A stretch of DNA of 64,000 nucleotides, taken from positions 25,317-89,316 of the forward strand of contig JAPKMR010000007.1 of assembly GCA_026645815.1 (NCBI GenBank), read 5' to 3'. Origin of the DNA: Anaerolineae bacterium. GTDB taxonomy: Bacteria > Chloroflexota > Anaerolineae > B4-G1 > SLSP01. Below are positions 33,001 through 42,080 of this stretch, piece after piece. The position numbers and the translations under genes are program-made. Positions within the stretch are counted from its first letter, which is position 1. The number at the start of each line of letters is the position of its first letter. The notes under the pieces were generated by a model. The model searched no databases and was not told where the DNA came from. It saw only the letters and a program-made list of their open reading frames with translations.

Positions 33001-34059
33001 GTGGCTAATGGTTATAACGGGTCGATTCAGGCTGGAACTGTCAATCCTTTGGCGGGGCGCTCAGGCTGGACTGGCGCGTTGACTACCTGGACCGAAGTCA
33101 CGGTAGATTTGAGCGCCTATGCCGGTAGCGCTGTCCAGATTCGCTGGCGGATGGGTTGCGATTCTTTCGTGGGCGCTGAGGGCTGGTTTGTTGATGATGT
33201 GCAGATCACAACCCCGTTGCCTCCCAATCCGGCGCCTGTTATCAATGCAGTCACGCCGGCTTCTGTGGTGGGAGATGAGCCGGTGCTGTTGACGTTGACG
33301 GGCGCTGGGTTTGTGGGGATGCCTGCTATCAGAGTTGATGCAACCTGGTTGCTCTCGGTAACGCTGGTCAATTCGACGACGGTTACCGGGATACTGCCGC
33401 CGGTGCTGGCGCCCGGCGTCTATACCGTGACGCTTTTCAACGGTGATTGCGTCTCCGCGACCCTGCCGGACGCGCTGACTGTACGCGGCGTTGTGAGCGC
33501 CCCTGAACTCATCAGCCCGCCTGACGGGGCAGTGATCACGGATACTACACCCACGCTTTTGTGGCAACCGGTGGTGGGGGCAGCGGGCTATCATGTCAAT
33601 CTTGCTGGGGTGCTGCAGGATGTCGGTGCGAGCACAGCTTTTACGACGCCTTTGCTGGCACAAGGCGTTTATACCTGGACTGTGACAGCTTACAACTCTT
33701 GGGGGGCTTTGAGCCCGGCTCAGACCCCGTGGTCCTTCCGTGTGATGACACCGCTGCTCGCGCCCGAGCGACTCAATCCCGCAGACGGTGCGGTTATCAC
33801 TGATACCACGCCGACGCTGCTCTGGGAGCCTGTAACAGGCGCTGCCGGTTATCGTGTTACATTCTTGGGTGAAAACCATGATGTGGGCGCTACATCGGCT
33901 TACACGCTTTCTGTGTTGGCAGATGGAGTCTACACCTGGACGGTGACAGCTTACAATGTGTGGGATGATGTCAGTCCAGGCCAGACGCCGTGGACATTCA
34001 CGGTGCGTGAGAAACCTGTCTGGTTCGTTTACCTGCCGCTGCTTTTACGCCAGCCTTAA
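30034..34059 (+). CDS. Secreted subtilisin-like S8 serine peptidase with multiple C-terminal beta domains
   Basis: Signal peptide; triad VDSG, HGTHTAG, GTSMSSP; GTG at 30034 after AGGAGG; FN3/IPT-like domains; C-terminal YLPLLLR. Confidence 0.9.
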   Translation: MEILHRGKTLLLVLVLCFTFISPFPNPGNAVVAAAPNADYTLTLGGVAFDPLVSQPALPLAWRQSSTPGPDLHLVQFSGPTRELWMETLAKVGLEIVQYIHPFTYVVWGDSAAMSLVSELDYVRWTGPFLPAYRVLPQWRTLDATARAFEVMVYRTAGRASVLSSLTALGAQLQEAIDLGYGFDGLAVTLSGERLLEAARIPGVYTIQPISTERATRGEMSSQVNVNNVDQNNQAFTGYRTWLTSVGLDGTGVVIANVDSGIQESHPDLIHRMQTCVGTTCGNTASSSHGTHTAGIMAADGSSGVVDSRGFLRGLGVAPGANLVEQVYSSYNLTLLIKDSSTNGALISGNSWGPASTPQGYDADTREVDVGVRDANLTLAGNQPLNYVLSIMNGDGGTSSQGSPDEGKNIFTIGSTKMQTSSGSQELAINDVSSNSAHGPALDGRKIPHMVAPGCYVDSTVPTNSYGTMCGTSMSSPQVSGAAALFIQYYRGLFGVDPSPALLKAAFLPVAHDLAGFHDADGGVLGHPFDSKQGWGRMDLEAVVDPALPVLYFDNPQIFDATGEIWEQSFGAADPTQPVRLMLVWTDAPGHGLGGATPAWVSDLNLEVSADGNTYRGNAFNASGWSQSGGTADGMNNTEGIFLGPTAPETFTVRVSAANIAGDGVPNSGDATDQDFALVCYNCLQQADFTLVVEPQSTAVCAPGVITATISLGQLLGYAEDVSLNVQAPPAVSAIFSPTVVTVPGEALLTLDVSAEAIAGQVTLLISATAEITKVHTAELSLLVNTCAPDAPVLLTPSDGAVAQPFDSLTLAWQVQPLSTGYRVQVARSPLFAAPFVDAPVATAAYSDSVTLESGTCYWWRAQGENACSSSPWAEPFHFATAALGIGLADDMESGDGNWSEEVAVGSATWGLSTAQSYSPTRAWFVPDAAVPTDSRLWNTVAVPVGAGSTLSFWHRYQFEGSDPYAWDGAVLEISTDGGLHWDDLGPAIVANGYNGSIQAGTVNPLAGRSGWTGALTTWTEVTVDLSAYAGSAVQIRWRMGCDSFVGAEGWFVDDVQITTPLPPNPAPVINAVTPASVVGDEPVLLTLTGAGFVGMPAIRVDATWLLSVTLVNSTTVTGILPPVLAPGVYTVTLFNGDCVSATLPDALTVRGVVSAPELISPPDGAVITDTTPTLLWQPVVGAAGYHVNLAGVLQDVGASTAFTTPLLAQGVYTWTVTAYNSWGALSPAQTPWSFRVMTPLLAPERLNPADGAVITDTTPTLLWEPVTGAAGYRVTFLGENHDVGATSAYTLSVLADGVYTWTVTAYNVWDDVSPGQTPWTFTVREKPVWFVYLPLLLRQP
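33502..34005 (+). repeat. Tandem duplication of an FN3-like domain (87-aa period) within the S8 peptidase
   Basis: DGAVITDTTPTLLW.PV.GAAGY and GVYTWTVTAYN.W occur twice, 261 bp apart. Confidence 0.9.
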
Positions 34060-34095
34060 CACAGGCTTTCAAATCGGGGGTCATTTCAAAAGCAT

Positions 34096-34127
34096 TTTGG
34101 GGCGGGAGGATCTTCTCCCGCCCCAAA
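34096..34127. terminator. Hairpin between convergent genes
   Basis: TTTGGGGCGGGAG...CTCCCGCCCCAAA. Confidence 0.75.
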
Positions 34128-34147
34128 CCGCTCATCGAAGAGGCTGA

Positions 34148-35173
34148 TCAGACAAAGGCTTCCAATATGGCGACGGCATTCGCCCCCAACATATCCAGTC
34201 GGTAGCCGCCTTCCTGGATGATAACGGTGGGTAAGTTTAATGCGGCGATGCGTTTGCCAATCGCTCTGAAACCCATGGGTGTGATTTCCATACCGCCAAC
34301 TTCATCACCTTCTGCTATGTCAAGCCCTAGAGAAAGTATCAACACTTCTGGTGTAAAGGCGCCTAGCGCTTCCAGAGCTCTATCTAGTGCTGTAAGATAG
34401 ATGCTGTCCGTTGTGCCTTTGGGGAGCGGGATATTCAGGTTTGTTCCCAGACCTGCCCCCGCCCCGCGTTCTTCGGCAAAGCCCCAGTAAAACGGATACT
34501 CGTAGCGTGGATCGGCGTGCAGCGAGCCATAGAACACAGCTGGGTCTTCGTAGAAAATCGCTTGTGTGCCGTTACCGTGATGGAAGTCCACATCCAGAAT
34601 CGCCACACGGTTCTGGGTGCGTTGTTGCAGATAGCGGGCGGCGATAGCTGCGTTGTTCAGATAGCAGAAACCGCCATAGAGGTCGCGGGCGGCGTGGTGA
34701 CCTGGCGGGCGGCACAGCGCGTAGGCGCTGTGCTCGGAGGCAAGCACTGCATCTGATGCAGTGAGCGCACATTGTGCGGACCAGTAAGCAGCTTCCCATG
34801 TGCCTGCCAGAATTGGGCTACCGATGCCAAAGGCATAGAAACCGCGTTTCCCGGCGATGCTCACTGGTGGGGGAGTGTCGCGGCGCCCGACGGCAAAAGT
34901 GCCTGGGATGACGGCTTCTTCGTAACCAAGCCAGGCGGCATTTTCTACATAGGCGTTGCGTAGGTAAGTGACAAAATCGGCATCATGGACCGCAAGCACG
35001 GCTTCTAAACCGTGATCCTCCGGTGATGCTACAGGCCCGAGTGAGGTCCTCTGAAGCGCTGCCAGGATGATTTCAGCGCGCGCTGGTAGCTCTTCAACGA
35101 TGAAGGGTTGCCCATCAAGGGTGATATTCTCGGTGGCATGCAAAATGTGTTTTGAGCTATAGATGATTTTCAT
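34148..35173 (-). CDS. Histone-deacetylase-family protein (acetylpolyamine amidohydrolase-like)
   Basis: LCRPPGHHA, GGFCYLNNAAIAA, DVDFHHGNGTQ, QEGGY. Confidence 0.9.
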   Translation of the reverse strand: MKIIYSSKHILHATENITLDGQPFIVEELPARAEIILAALQRTSLGPVASPEDHGLEAVLAVHDADFVTYLRNAYVENAAWLGYEEAVIPGTFAVGRRDTPPPVSIAGKRGFYAFGIGSPILAGTWEAAYWSAQCALTASDAVLASEHSAYALCRPPGHHAARDLYGGFCYLNNAAIAARYLQQRTQNRVAILDVDFHHGNGTQAIFYEDPAVFYGSLHADPRYEYPFYWGFAEERGAGAGLGTNLNIPLPKGTTDSIYLTALDRALEALGAFTPEVLILSLGLDIAEGDEVGGMEITPMGFRAIGKRIAALNLPTVIIQEGGYRLDMLGANAVAILEAFV

Positions 35174-35242
35174 GGCAGTGCCTGCGATTTGATTGCTAGT
35201 AATTCCAGTGTCGCTCCGTGCAATGTTGCCACTGGCTTTATT

Positions 35243-37090
35243 CTACACGCGTTCACTAGCTTTGCTGAACCCATTGTTCTGCATGAACTGGCGCTCGTAA
35301 AGGTCGCGGTAGAGTCCACCGAGCGCCAACAGCTCTGTATGGGTACCCCGTTCGACGATGTGTCCACCTTCCAAGACGCAGATCAAATCGGCGTTGGTGA
35401 TGGTGCTGAGCCGGTGTGCAATAACGACTGCTGTGCGCCCCTTTAACAGTCGCGCCAGGGCTTCCTGGATCAACGCCTCTGTGATGGTGTCTACGCTGGC
35501 AGTCGCTTCATCCAGGATGAGGATGCGCGGGTCAGCCAGGATGGCGCGGGCGATACAGAGGAGCTGTCGTTGCCCTAGCGAGAGGTTGATGCCGCCTTCC
35601 AGGACGCGCGTTGCATAGCCTTCGGGCATCGCGCTAATGAATTCATGGGCGTTAGCGGCTTTTGCAGCAGCGATGACGGCTTCTTCAGAGGCGTCAGGGC
35701 AACCAAAACGTATATTATCGGCGATAGCGCCGGCAAACAAGAAGGGGTCTTGCGGCACCAGGCCCATTTGTTGGCGCAAAGAGGGCTGGTTGACACTGCG
35801 CACGTCAACACCATCAATGCACACATTGCCTTCTGTCACTTCATAGAAGCGCGCGATCAAGTTGGCGATGGAGGTCTTCCCGGCGCCTGTGGGACCAACC
35901 AGGGCAATAGTTTGTCCTGGCGCGATGTGCAAATCTACGTTGTGAAGCACAGTGTGTGTGCCCCGGTAGGCAAATGAGACGTTGTTGAGGACGATTTCTC
36001 CACGAATTGACGGCATATCCGGCGCCGCGGGTTGATCCTGTACATCTGGGATGGTATCAAGCAGCTCGAGCACCCGTTCGCCGCCCGCCATAGCGGTTTG
36101 GAGTGTGTTGTAGAGCTGGCTTAGCTCCTGGATAGGTTGGAAAAAACGCCCAACGTAGGAGATGAAGGCGACCACAACGCCTAGCGTCAACGTCTCTGTA
36201 GCAACCGCTCGTCCTCCTGCCCAGAGCACAACGGCAGTTGCCAGAATGCCCAGAAATTCGACACCTGGGAGAAAGGTAAGCGAGAGCGACATCGCATTGA
36301 CAAAGGCGTCGCGATTAGCGCTGTTGACTTTGTCAAAACGCTCTTCAGAGGCCCCCTCTTGTGCAAAAGCCTGGATGACGCGCATTCCAGAGAGGTCCTC
36401 GGCTAAATCGCCAATCACAGCAGCTGTGCTGGAGCGGGTCTGGCGGAAAGCGATGCGGGCACGGCGTGAGAACCACAGGGTCATCAGTACCATTAGTGGC
36501 ACTACGCTGAAAGCGAAGAGTGCCAAATGCGGACTCATGGATACCATGACGCCGACGATCCCGAACAGAAGCAGGATGTCGCCTGCCAGTGTGATCAGGC
36601 CTTCGGAAAGCAACTCGTTGATGACGCCAACATCGCTCATCACACGCGATATGGTTACGCCGACGATGTGCGTATCGTGATAGCCCAGGGAAAGTCGTTG
36701 GAGGTGATCAAAGAGCTGGTTGCGCAGAGTCATCAGAATACGTTGACCTACCCAGGTGAGCAGGTATTGCTGTGCGGAAGACGCCAGATAGATACCGAAC
36801 AGCGCGCCGCCAAGCAAGAGCGCCAGGCGACTCAGCCCTCTCAAGTCGCCGTTGGTGATGTATTGGTCAATGACGATTTTTGTCAGATAGGGGATAGCGA
36901 GAGTCAATGCAGAGACGATGAGCATCATGGCAAAGGCGCCGAGCATCTGTCGTGTGTAGGGGCGTAGATAACCGAGCAGGCGCAATGTAACGCGACGATC
37001 AAAGACGCGTCCTGTGCCATCGCCCTCACCGTGGCTTTCCAGGGCGCCACGAGGTCCCATGTTCAATCCACCGCCGAAACTAAAGCTCAT
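35243..37090 (-). CDS. ABC exporter, fused TMD-NBD (heterodimer partner 2)
   Basis: GPTGAGKT, LSLGQRQ, LDEATAS, AHRLST; ATG at 37090 after GGGGGAGG. Confidence 0.92.
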   Translation of the reverse strand: MSFSFGGGLNMGPRGALESHGEGDGTGRVFDRRVTLRLLGYLRPYTRQMLGAFAMMLIVSALTLAIPYLTKIVIDQYITNGDLRGLSRLALLLGGALFGIYLASSAQQYLLTWVGQRILMTLRNQLFDHLQRLSLGYHDTHIVGVTISRVMSDVGVINELLSEGLITLAGDILLLFGIVGVMVSMSPHLALFAFSVVPLMVLMTLWFSRRARIAFRQTRSSTAAVIGDLAEDLSGMRVIQAFAQEGASEERFDKVNSANRDAFVNAMSLSLTFLPGVEFLGILATAVVLWAGGRAVATETLTLGVVVAFISYVGRFFQPIQELSQLYNTLQTAMAGGERVLELLDTIPDVQDQPAAPDMPSIRGEIVLNNVSFAYRGTHTVLHNVDLHIAPGQTIALVGPTGAGKTSIANLIARFYEVTEGNVCIDGVDVRSVNQPSLRQQMGLVPQDPFLFAGAIADNIRFGCPDASEEAVIAAAKAANAHEFISAMPEGYATRVLEGGINLSLGQRQLLCIARAILADPRILILDEATASVDTITEALIQEALARLLKGRTAVVIAHRLSTITNADLICVLEGGHIVERGTHTELLALGGLYRDLYERQFMQNNGFSKASERV

Positions 37091-37130
37091 AATTGTGTTG
37101 CCTCCCCCAAAACAGTCAATAGCCGTCTTC

Positions 37131-38933
37131 TCACTCTTCTTCCGTCCTATCTTCCTCACGGAGCTGTCGTTGATAGATTTCCGTGTATAGCCCAGAACTG
37201 CGGAGAAGTTCTGCGTGAGTACCGGAGGCGGCGATGCGTCCCTTTTCCAAGACGAGAACGAGATTGGCGGCGCGAACGGTGCTGAGTCGCTGGGCGATGA
37301 CAAGGCTGGTGCGCCCCTGCATCAAATGCTCTAAAGCCAGTTGGATGAGGTGTTCAGTTTCGGTGTCAACACTTGCCAGGGCATCGTCGAGGATGAGGAT
37401 GCGTGGATCCTTGAGCAGGGCGCGAGCGATAGCAATGCGTTGCTTTTGCCCCCCGGAAAGTGTCGTGCCGCGCTCTCCAACACGGGTGGCGTAGCCTTCC
37501 GGTAATTCTTGAATAAACTCATGGGCCTGTGCGGCTTCTGCCGCGGCGAAAATCTCTGCGTCAGTGGCGTCAGGCTTTCCAAATGCCAGGTTCTCGCGGA
37601 TGCTGGCAGCAAAGAGCGTGGTCTCCTGCAACACGATACCGATTTGATCGCGCAATGATTTCAAGGTTACATCGCGAATATCGTGGCCATCAACCGTGAT
37701 GCGTCCTGTTGTGGGGTCGTAGAAACGTGGTAGCAGGTTGATGATGGTTGACTTCCCTGAGCCAGTTGCGCCCAGGAGCGCGATTACCTGCCCGGGTTGT
37801 GCTTCAAAGCTGACCCCGTTAAGGACCTTGTGGCGTCCAAAGTAGGCAAAAGAGACGTTGTCGAAACGTATGTTTCCGCGCACGGGGGGCAGGGCAATTG
37901 CGTTGGGTGCGTCGTGTACTTCCGATTGAGCATCCAGGATCTCGAAAACGCGCTCGCCAGAGGCGATGGCTTGCACGACTGCCGGCAAAATCATTCCGAG
38001 GCGCCGCACCGGTTGTACTAATTGACCCAAATAAGCGGTGAAAGCAACCATTTCGCCAAGCGTGAGTTGCCCCCGAATGACGAGTGACCCCCCGTACCAG
38101 AGAATCAGTACCGTTCCCACATTTGCCAATAGCTCAATGAGCGGCATGGTGCGGGCGCGCATAGCCGCAGCTTGAGTCGAAAGTTTGAACCATGCCAGAT
38201 TATCGGCTTCAAAGCGGGTGATCTCGGCGCGCTCTTGGGCAAAGGCTTTGACGATGCGCGCTCCGCGAAGATTCTGTTCCAGGCGGGTGGTGAGCACTGC
38301 GAGTTGGTCTTGGATATCACGCGAGAGGGGACGGAAACGTCGCCCAAAATCCCAGGCGCGATAGGCGACAAGGGGCATTGTTCCCAAAGCGAGGAGCGCC
38401 AACCCGGGATTCATCTGCAGCATGACTACAGCTGTGCTGATGAGCAAAGTGCTACCTTCAAGGAGGCGCAGAGCGGCACGTCCGGTCAGGAAACGGAGGC
38501 GTTCAACATCCTGGATAGCACGCGAGAGTAATTGTCCTGTTTCTGTGCGATCGTGATACGAGAAAGATAACGCCGATAGCTTGCTGTGCAACGCTTTGCG
38601 GAGGTCATAAGCGGCGCCTTGCGAGCCAATTTCGATCCAGCGTCCCTGATAATAGGTAAGAACGCTTTTGAGTAGGGCTAAGCCCAATAAGACCAGTGTA
38701 GCCGTGGTGAGGAAACTGAGATTTTGTGCCCGGATACCTTCATCCACGATACGGCGGATGAATTGTGGAATGAGCATGATCAGGATATTGATGAGGGCGA
38801 GCAGAATGTAAGCGCCTGCAACATAACGGCGGTAATTGCGCAAGTACCCAAAACACCGTCGCAGAATGCGTCCCGCGCCAGGCGTCTGCGCCAGTAGAGG
38901 AATAGTCTCAGTTTGATCTTTTTCAGTTGTCAT
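37131..38933 (-). CDS. ABC exporter, fused TMD-NBD (heterodimer partner 1, degenerate site)
   Basis: GATGSGKS, LSGGQKQ, Walker B LDDA and AQR switch typical of TM287-like degenerate subunits. Confidence 0.92.
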   Translation of the reverse strand: MTTEKDQTETIPLLAQTPGAGRILRRCFGYLRNYRRYVAGAYILLALINILIMLIPQFIRRIVDEGIRAQNLSFLTTATLVLLGLALLKSVLTYYQGRWIEIGSQGAAYDLRKALHSKLSALSFSYHDRTETGQLLSRAIQDVERLRFLTGRAALRLLEGSTLLISTAVVMLQMNPGLALLALGTMPLVAYRAWDFGRRFRPLSRDIQDQLAVLTTRLEQNLRGARIVKAFAQERAEITRFEADNLAWFKLSTQAAAMRARTMPLIELLANVGTVLILWYGGSLVIRGQLTLGEMVAFTAYLGQLVQPVRRLGMILPAVVQAIASGERVFEILDAQSEVHDAPNAIALPPVRGNIRFDNVSFAYFGRHKVLNGVSFEAQPGQVIALLGATGSGKSTIINLLPRFYDPTTGRITVDGHDIRDVTLKSLRDQIGIVLQETTLFAASIRENLAFGKPDATDAEIFAAAEAAQAHEFIQELPEGYATRVGERGTTLSGGQKQRIAIARALLKDPRILILDDALASVDTETEHLIQLALEHLMQGRTSLVIAQRLSTVRAANLVLVLEKGRIAASGTHAELLRSSGLYTEIYQRQLREEDRTEEE

Positions 38934-38967
38934 GCGATCCTATATCATGGTTGACGGCTTCTTAAAT

Positions 38968-38986
38968 TACTTAACTAGGCTAAGTA
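38968..38986. promoter_or_regulatory. Palindromic operator-like site upstream of the ABC exporter pair
   Basis: TACTTA-ACTAGGC-TAAGTA. Confidence 0.4.
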
Positions 38987-39225
38987 TATCATAATCGGAG
39001 AAAATGTCACTAGCTAAGTGGTATTTGACAGGATTGTAGAATCGGTTGAAAATATAGGCAGTGGCAGCTCCTGAAGATTTCGTGTTGGAGTGGTGCTGTG
39101 TACCCTATGTACTTGTGTTCTTCCTTGCATGCGTATGATTTGCGTATAGAATTGAGTATATAGGTGTAGTGGGACCCTCTTCCCCTGGTGTCTGCTTTGT
39201 TTGAAAGGGGTGTGTCAGATTTGCT

Positions 39226-39510
39226 ATGAACGTAGTCGTAGAATTTGCGGGCATTTCCCGCGTGTTGACTGGCGTCCGTGACTTATCCTATTCCTTGGAA
39301 CCTGATACCTCTTACCGGGATCTGATCTGCCAACTTGGAATCCGCTTTCCAGCATTGGTTGGAGTGGTAATCACTCCTGACGGTGATACGTTGCTTCCAG
39401 AAAATAAAATTGCGCTCAACGGAAAGCGTATGATTCAGGATTCTGAAATGGATACATTCCTGAATGATGGCGATCGCCTTACGTTAATGTCAATTTTGGC
39501 TGGTGGCTGA
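39226..39510 (+). CDS. MoaD/ThiS-family sulfur carrier
   Basis: Ubiquitin-like size, LNDGDRL, C-terminal AGG; directly upstream of an AOR gene. Confidence 0.88.
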   Translation: MNVVVEFAGISRVLTGVRDLSYSLEPDTSYRDLICQLGIRFPALVGVVITPDGDTLLPENKIALNGKRMIQDSEMDTFLNDGDRLTLMSILAGG

Positions 39511-39571
39511 ATATCCTTAACTGCGCTGGCATGCATTGTGAACCCTATTTTAATAACCGGGAGGTTCTTTT

Positions 39572-41458
39572 ATGTACGGTTACAGTGGCAAAATCCTTCA
39601 CATTGATCTGAATACTCGCAAAACATGGACTGAGGAAAAACCAGAAGCCTGGTACAAGCTGTACATTGGCGGTGTCTCAATGGCGGCGCGACTGCTTTGG
39701 GAAAACATCGAGGTGGGCTGCGATCCGCTTTCTCCTGGCAATCCTATCTGCATCGCCAACGGTATTTTTGCCGGCACGCCGGTGCCTGTCGGCGGCAAAT
39801 ATGGATTGGCCTCCAAGTCCCCGTTGACGGGTTTGATTGGCGATAGCCTTTCGGGTAGCTGGTTTTCTGTAGCTCTCAAGCGCACCGGTTGGGATGGTTT
39901 GGTCGTTCATGGCGCCAGCGACAAGTGGATCACGATATTCATTGATGATGAGCGGGTGCAATTCCGTGATGCCAAGAAACTGTTGGGTTTGGGCACCTAC
40001 GCCACGGAGGAAGCCATCCGCGAGGAGCTTGGTGATGATCAGGTACGCTCCGCCACTATTGGCCCAGCGGGGGAGAACGGGGTACTTTTCGCCAACGTGA
40101 CCAACGATGGGCGTCAGGCGGGGCGCACGGGGCATGGCGCGGTATGGGGATCTAAGAAGATCAAGGCGATTTCCGTGCGCGGCACGAAAGGTGTGGTGGT
40201 AGCCGATCCAGATACCTTGCTGCAGATGTCCTTTGATATCTCCGAGACTTCGCAGGGACCTTATACGGTGAAGTATCGAATGTTGGGCACGGCGACCAAC
40301 GTGCTCAATATGAACAAACTCGGCTTGTTGCCCACGCGCAACTACCAGGAAGGCACATTTGAGGATGCCGAGCTGGTGAGCGGCGAGTATCTCGAGGAAC
40401 ATTACAAGGTGAAGAAGATTGCGTGCGCGCAATGTCCTATCGCCTGCGAGCAGATGTCCGCAGCCCCGGATGGTCCTTATAAGGGGGCGATGACGGGAAT
40501 CGAGTACGAGTGTCTTTATGCCAACGGTCCAAATTTGGGCATCAACGACCTTCGCGCCGTCATCAAGCTTATCGCAACCTGCGATCAGGGCGGTATGGAT
40601 GCTATGAGTGGCGGTGTGACTGTTTCCTGGGCGATGGAGACTTTCGAGCGTGGCGTCTTCACCAAAGAGGATTTCAAGTGCGCCAAGTATCCAGAGGGTT
40701 TCGAGCCGTACTTTGGTAATGCCGAGGCGGCAGTGACCCTCATGGAGATGATTCGCGACCGGGAAGGTATTGGCGACTTGCTCTCGAAGGGGACGCGTCG
40801 CGCCAGCGCCATTGTGGATGCGGAGCGTGGCACTGAGACCTATAAGTGGGCGATGAATAGCAAGGGCTTGGAAAGCCCCGGCTATGATGCGCGCGGGCTC
40901 AAGACGTTTTCTGTGGGTATCGCCGTGGGAACGCGTGGCGGTTGTCACAACCGTACTGCGGCTTACGACCCAGATATCCAGGGCGAGGTGGATCGCTTCT
41001 CAATTGATGACACGCGCGGCAGGTTAGCTGCCAGCAGTGAGGAATATGCTGCTGTCTACGACACGTTGCCGCTGTGTAAATTCATCCGCCGTTGCTTTAC
41101 CGGTAAGGCGGACCGCGCCGGCGCCTGGCCCGCCATTGCCAAACTCATCAATGCTACTACCGGTTGGGACTTCGGTTACGATGATGTGGAGCTTATCGGC
41201 ATTCGTGCGCATACCATCAAGAAGGCCTTCAATATCCGCGAGGGGTGGAAGCGTGCTGATGATGATTTGCCATATCGCTGGAAGCACGACCCTATGACCA
41301 AAGGCGCTTCCGCGGGGCATGTGGTCACCGATGAAGAGCTGGAGTATCTCAAGGACCTCTACTACGCGGCTAAGGGCTGGACCAATGAAGGGCTGATTCC
41401 TAAGGCGAAGCTCATTGAACTGGGGATGGACGATGTCGCCGAGGCAATCGGTGTTTAG
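39572..41458 (+). CDS. aor: W/Mo-dependent aldehyde:ferredoxin oxidoreductase family protein
   Basis: YGYSGKILHIDL, KSPLTG, IGPAGEN, GRTGHGAVWGSK, CAQCPIAC, EYE, DQGGMD, RGGCH. Confidence 0.93.
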   Translation: MYGYSGKILHIDLNTRKTWTEEKPEAWYKLYIGGVSMAARLLWENIEVGCDPLSPGNPICIANGIFAGTPVPVGGKYGLASKSPLTGLIGDSLSGSWFSVALKRTGWDGLVVHGASDKWITIFIDDERVQFRDAKKLLGLGTYATEEAIREELGDDQVRSATIGPAGENGVLFANVTNDGRQAGRTGHGAVWGSKKIKAISVRGTKGVVVADPDTLLQMSFDISETSQGPYTVKYRMLGTATNVLNMNKLGLLPTRNYQEGTFEDAELVSGEYLEEHYKVKKIACAQCPIACEQMSAAPDGPYKGAMTGIEYECLYANGPNLGINDLRAVIKLIATCDQGGMDAMSGGVTVSWAMETFERGVFTKEDFKCAKYPEGFEPYFGNAEAAVTLMEMIRDREGIGDLLSKGTRRASAIVDAERGTETYKWAMNSKGLESPGYDARGLKTFSVGIAVGTRGGCHNRTAAYDPDIQGEVDRFSIDDTRGRLAASSEEYAAVYDTLPLCKFIRRCFTGKADRAGAWPAIAKLINATTGWDFGYDDVELIGIRAHTIKKAFNIREGWKRADDDLPYRWKHDPMTKGASAGHVVTDEELEYLKDLYYAAKGWTNEGLIPKAKLIELGMDDVAEAIGV

Positions 41459-41479
41459 TTGATGGATTAGGAGCGACTA

Positions 41480-41971
41480 ATGACAACTTCAACTTCAAAG
41501 TATAAATATATCACGTGCGATCCCGAGTTGTGCATCGGTTGTCAGCTGTGTGAGTATATTTGCTCTTACACGAAGACAGGGGAGTACAACACCTATCGCA
41601 GTCGCATTCGCACAATCCGGGCAGAGGAGATTCTCATTACTGCTGTCGCTTGCCGTACCTGCGAGAATGCGCCTTGCGTCATCGCTTGCACTCGCGATGC
41701 TCTCACGCAGGATCCCGAGACCGGCATCATTCATATCAATGCGGAGCGCTGTGATGGTTGCGCCTGGTGCATCGAGGCTTGCGATTTTGGGGCGATTTCT
41801 ATCAATCCAGCAACTAAACTGGCGGAAATCTGTGATCAGTGTGAAGACCTTGAGGATGGACCGCAGTGTGTCAAGTGGTGTCCGAAAGATGCTCTGGAAC
41901 TCACAACCCCTGATCAGCGTGCTCAACGCGCCCGTCGTAAGCTGGCGAAAGAAGACGTGCTTGGGATGTAG
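41480..41971 (+). CDS. 4x[4Fe-4S] electron-transfer subunit (AorB/DmsB/CooF-like)
   Basis: CIGCQLCEYIC, CRTCENAPCVIAC, CDGCAWCIEAC, CDQC...PQCVKWCP. Confidence 0.9.
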   Translation: MTTSTSKYKYITCDPELCIGCQLCEYICSYTKTGEYNTYRSRIRTIRAEEILITAVACRTCENAPCVIACTRDALTQDPETGIIHINAERCDGCAWCIEACDFGAISINPATKLAEICDQCEDLEDGPQCVKWCPKDALELTTPDQRAQRARRKLAKEDVLGM

Positions 41972-42080
41972 TGCAGGGACAAGAGAACGAAAAACGATAC
42001 TGTAAAAAAAAGGCGAGTGGACGATGGGCGCGTGGGGGCAGCGTTACATTCGCCTTTTTCTGTGATAAGGAGCGCAATCT

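Noticed and set aside
33061-33879. 272-aa ORF antisense to the S8 peptidase
   Set aside because: Shadow ORF; no independent evidence
37091-37303. Apparent long overlap of the two ABC exporter genes
   Set aside because: The likely start is the ATG at 37090 with an RBS, which removes the overlap
39677-40948. 423-aa ORF antisense to aor
   Set aside because: Shadow ORF from codon bias of a well-conserved gene; no recognisable motifs
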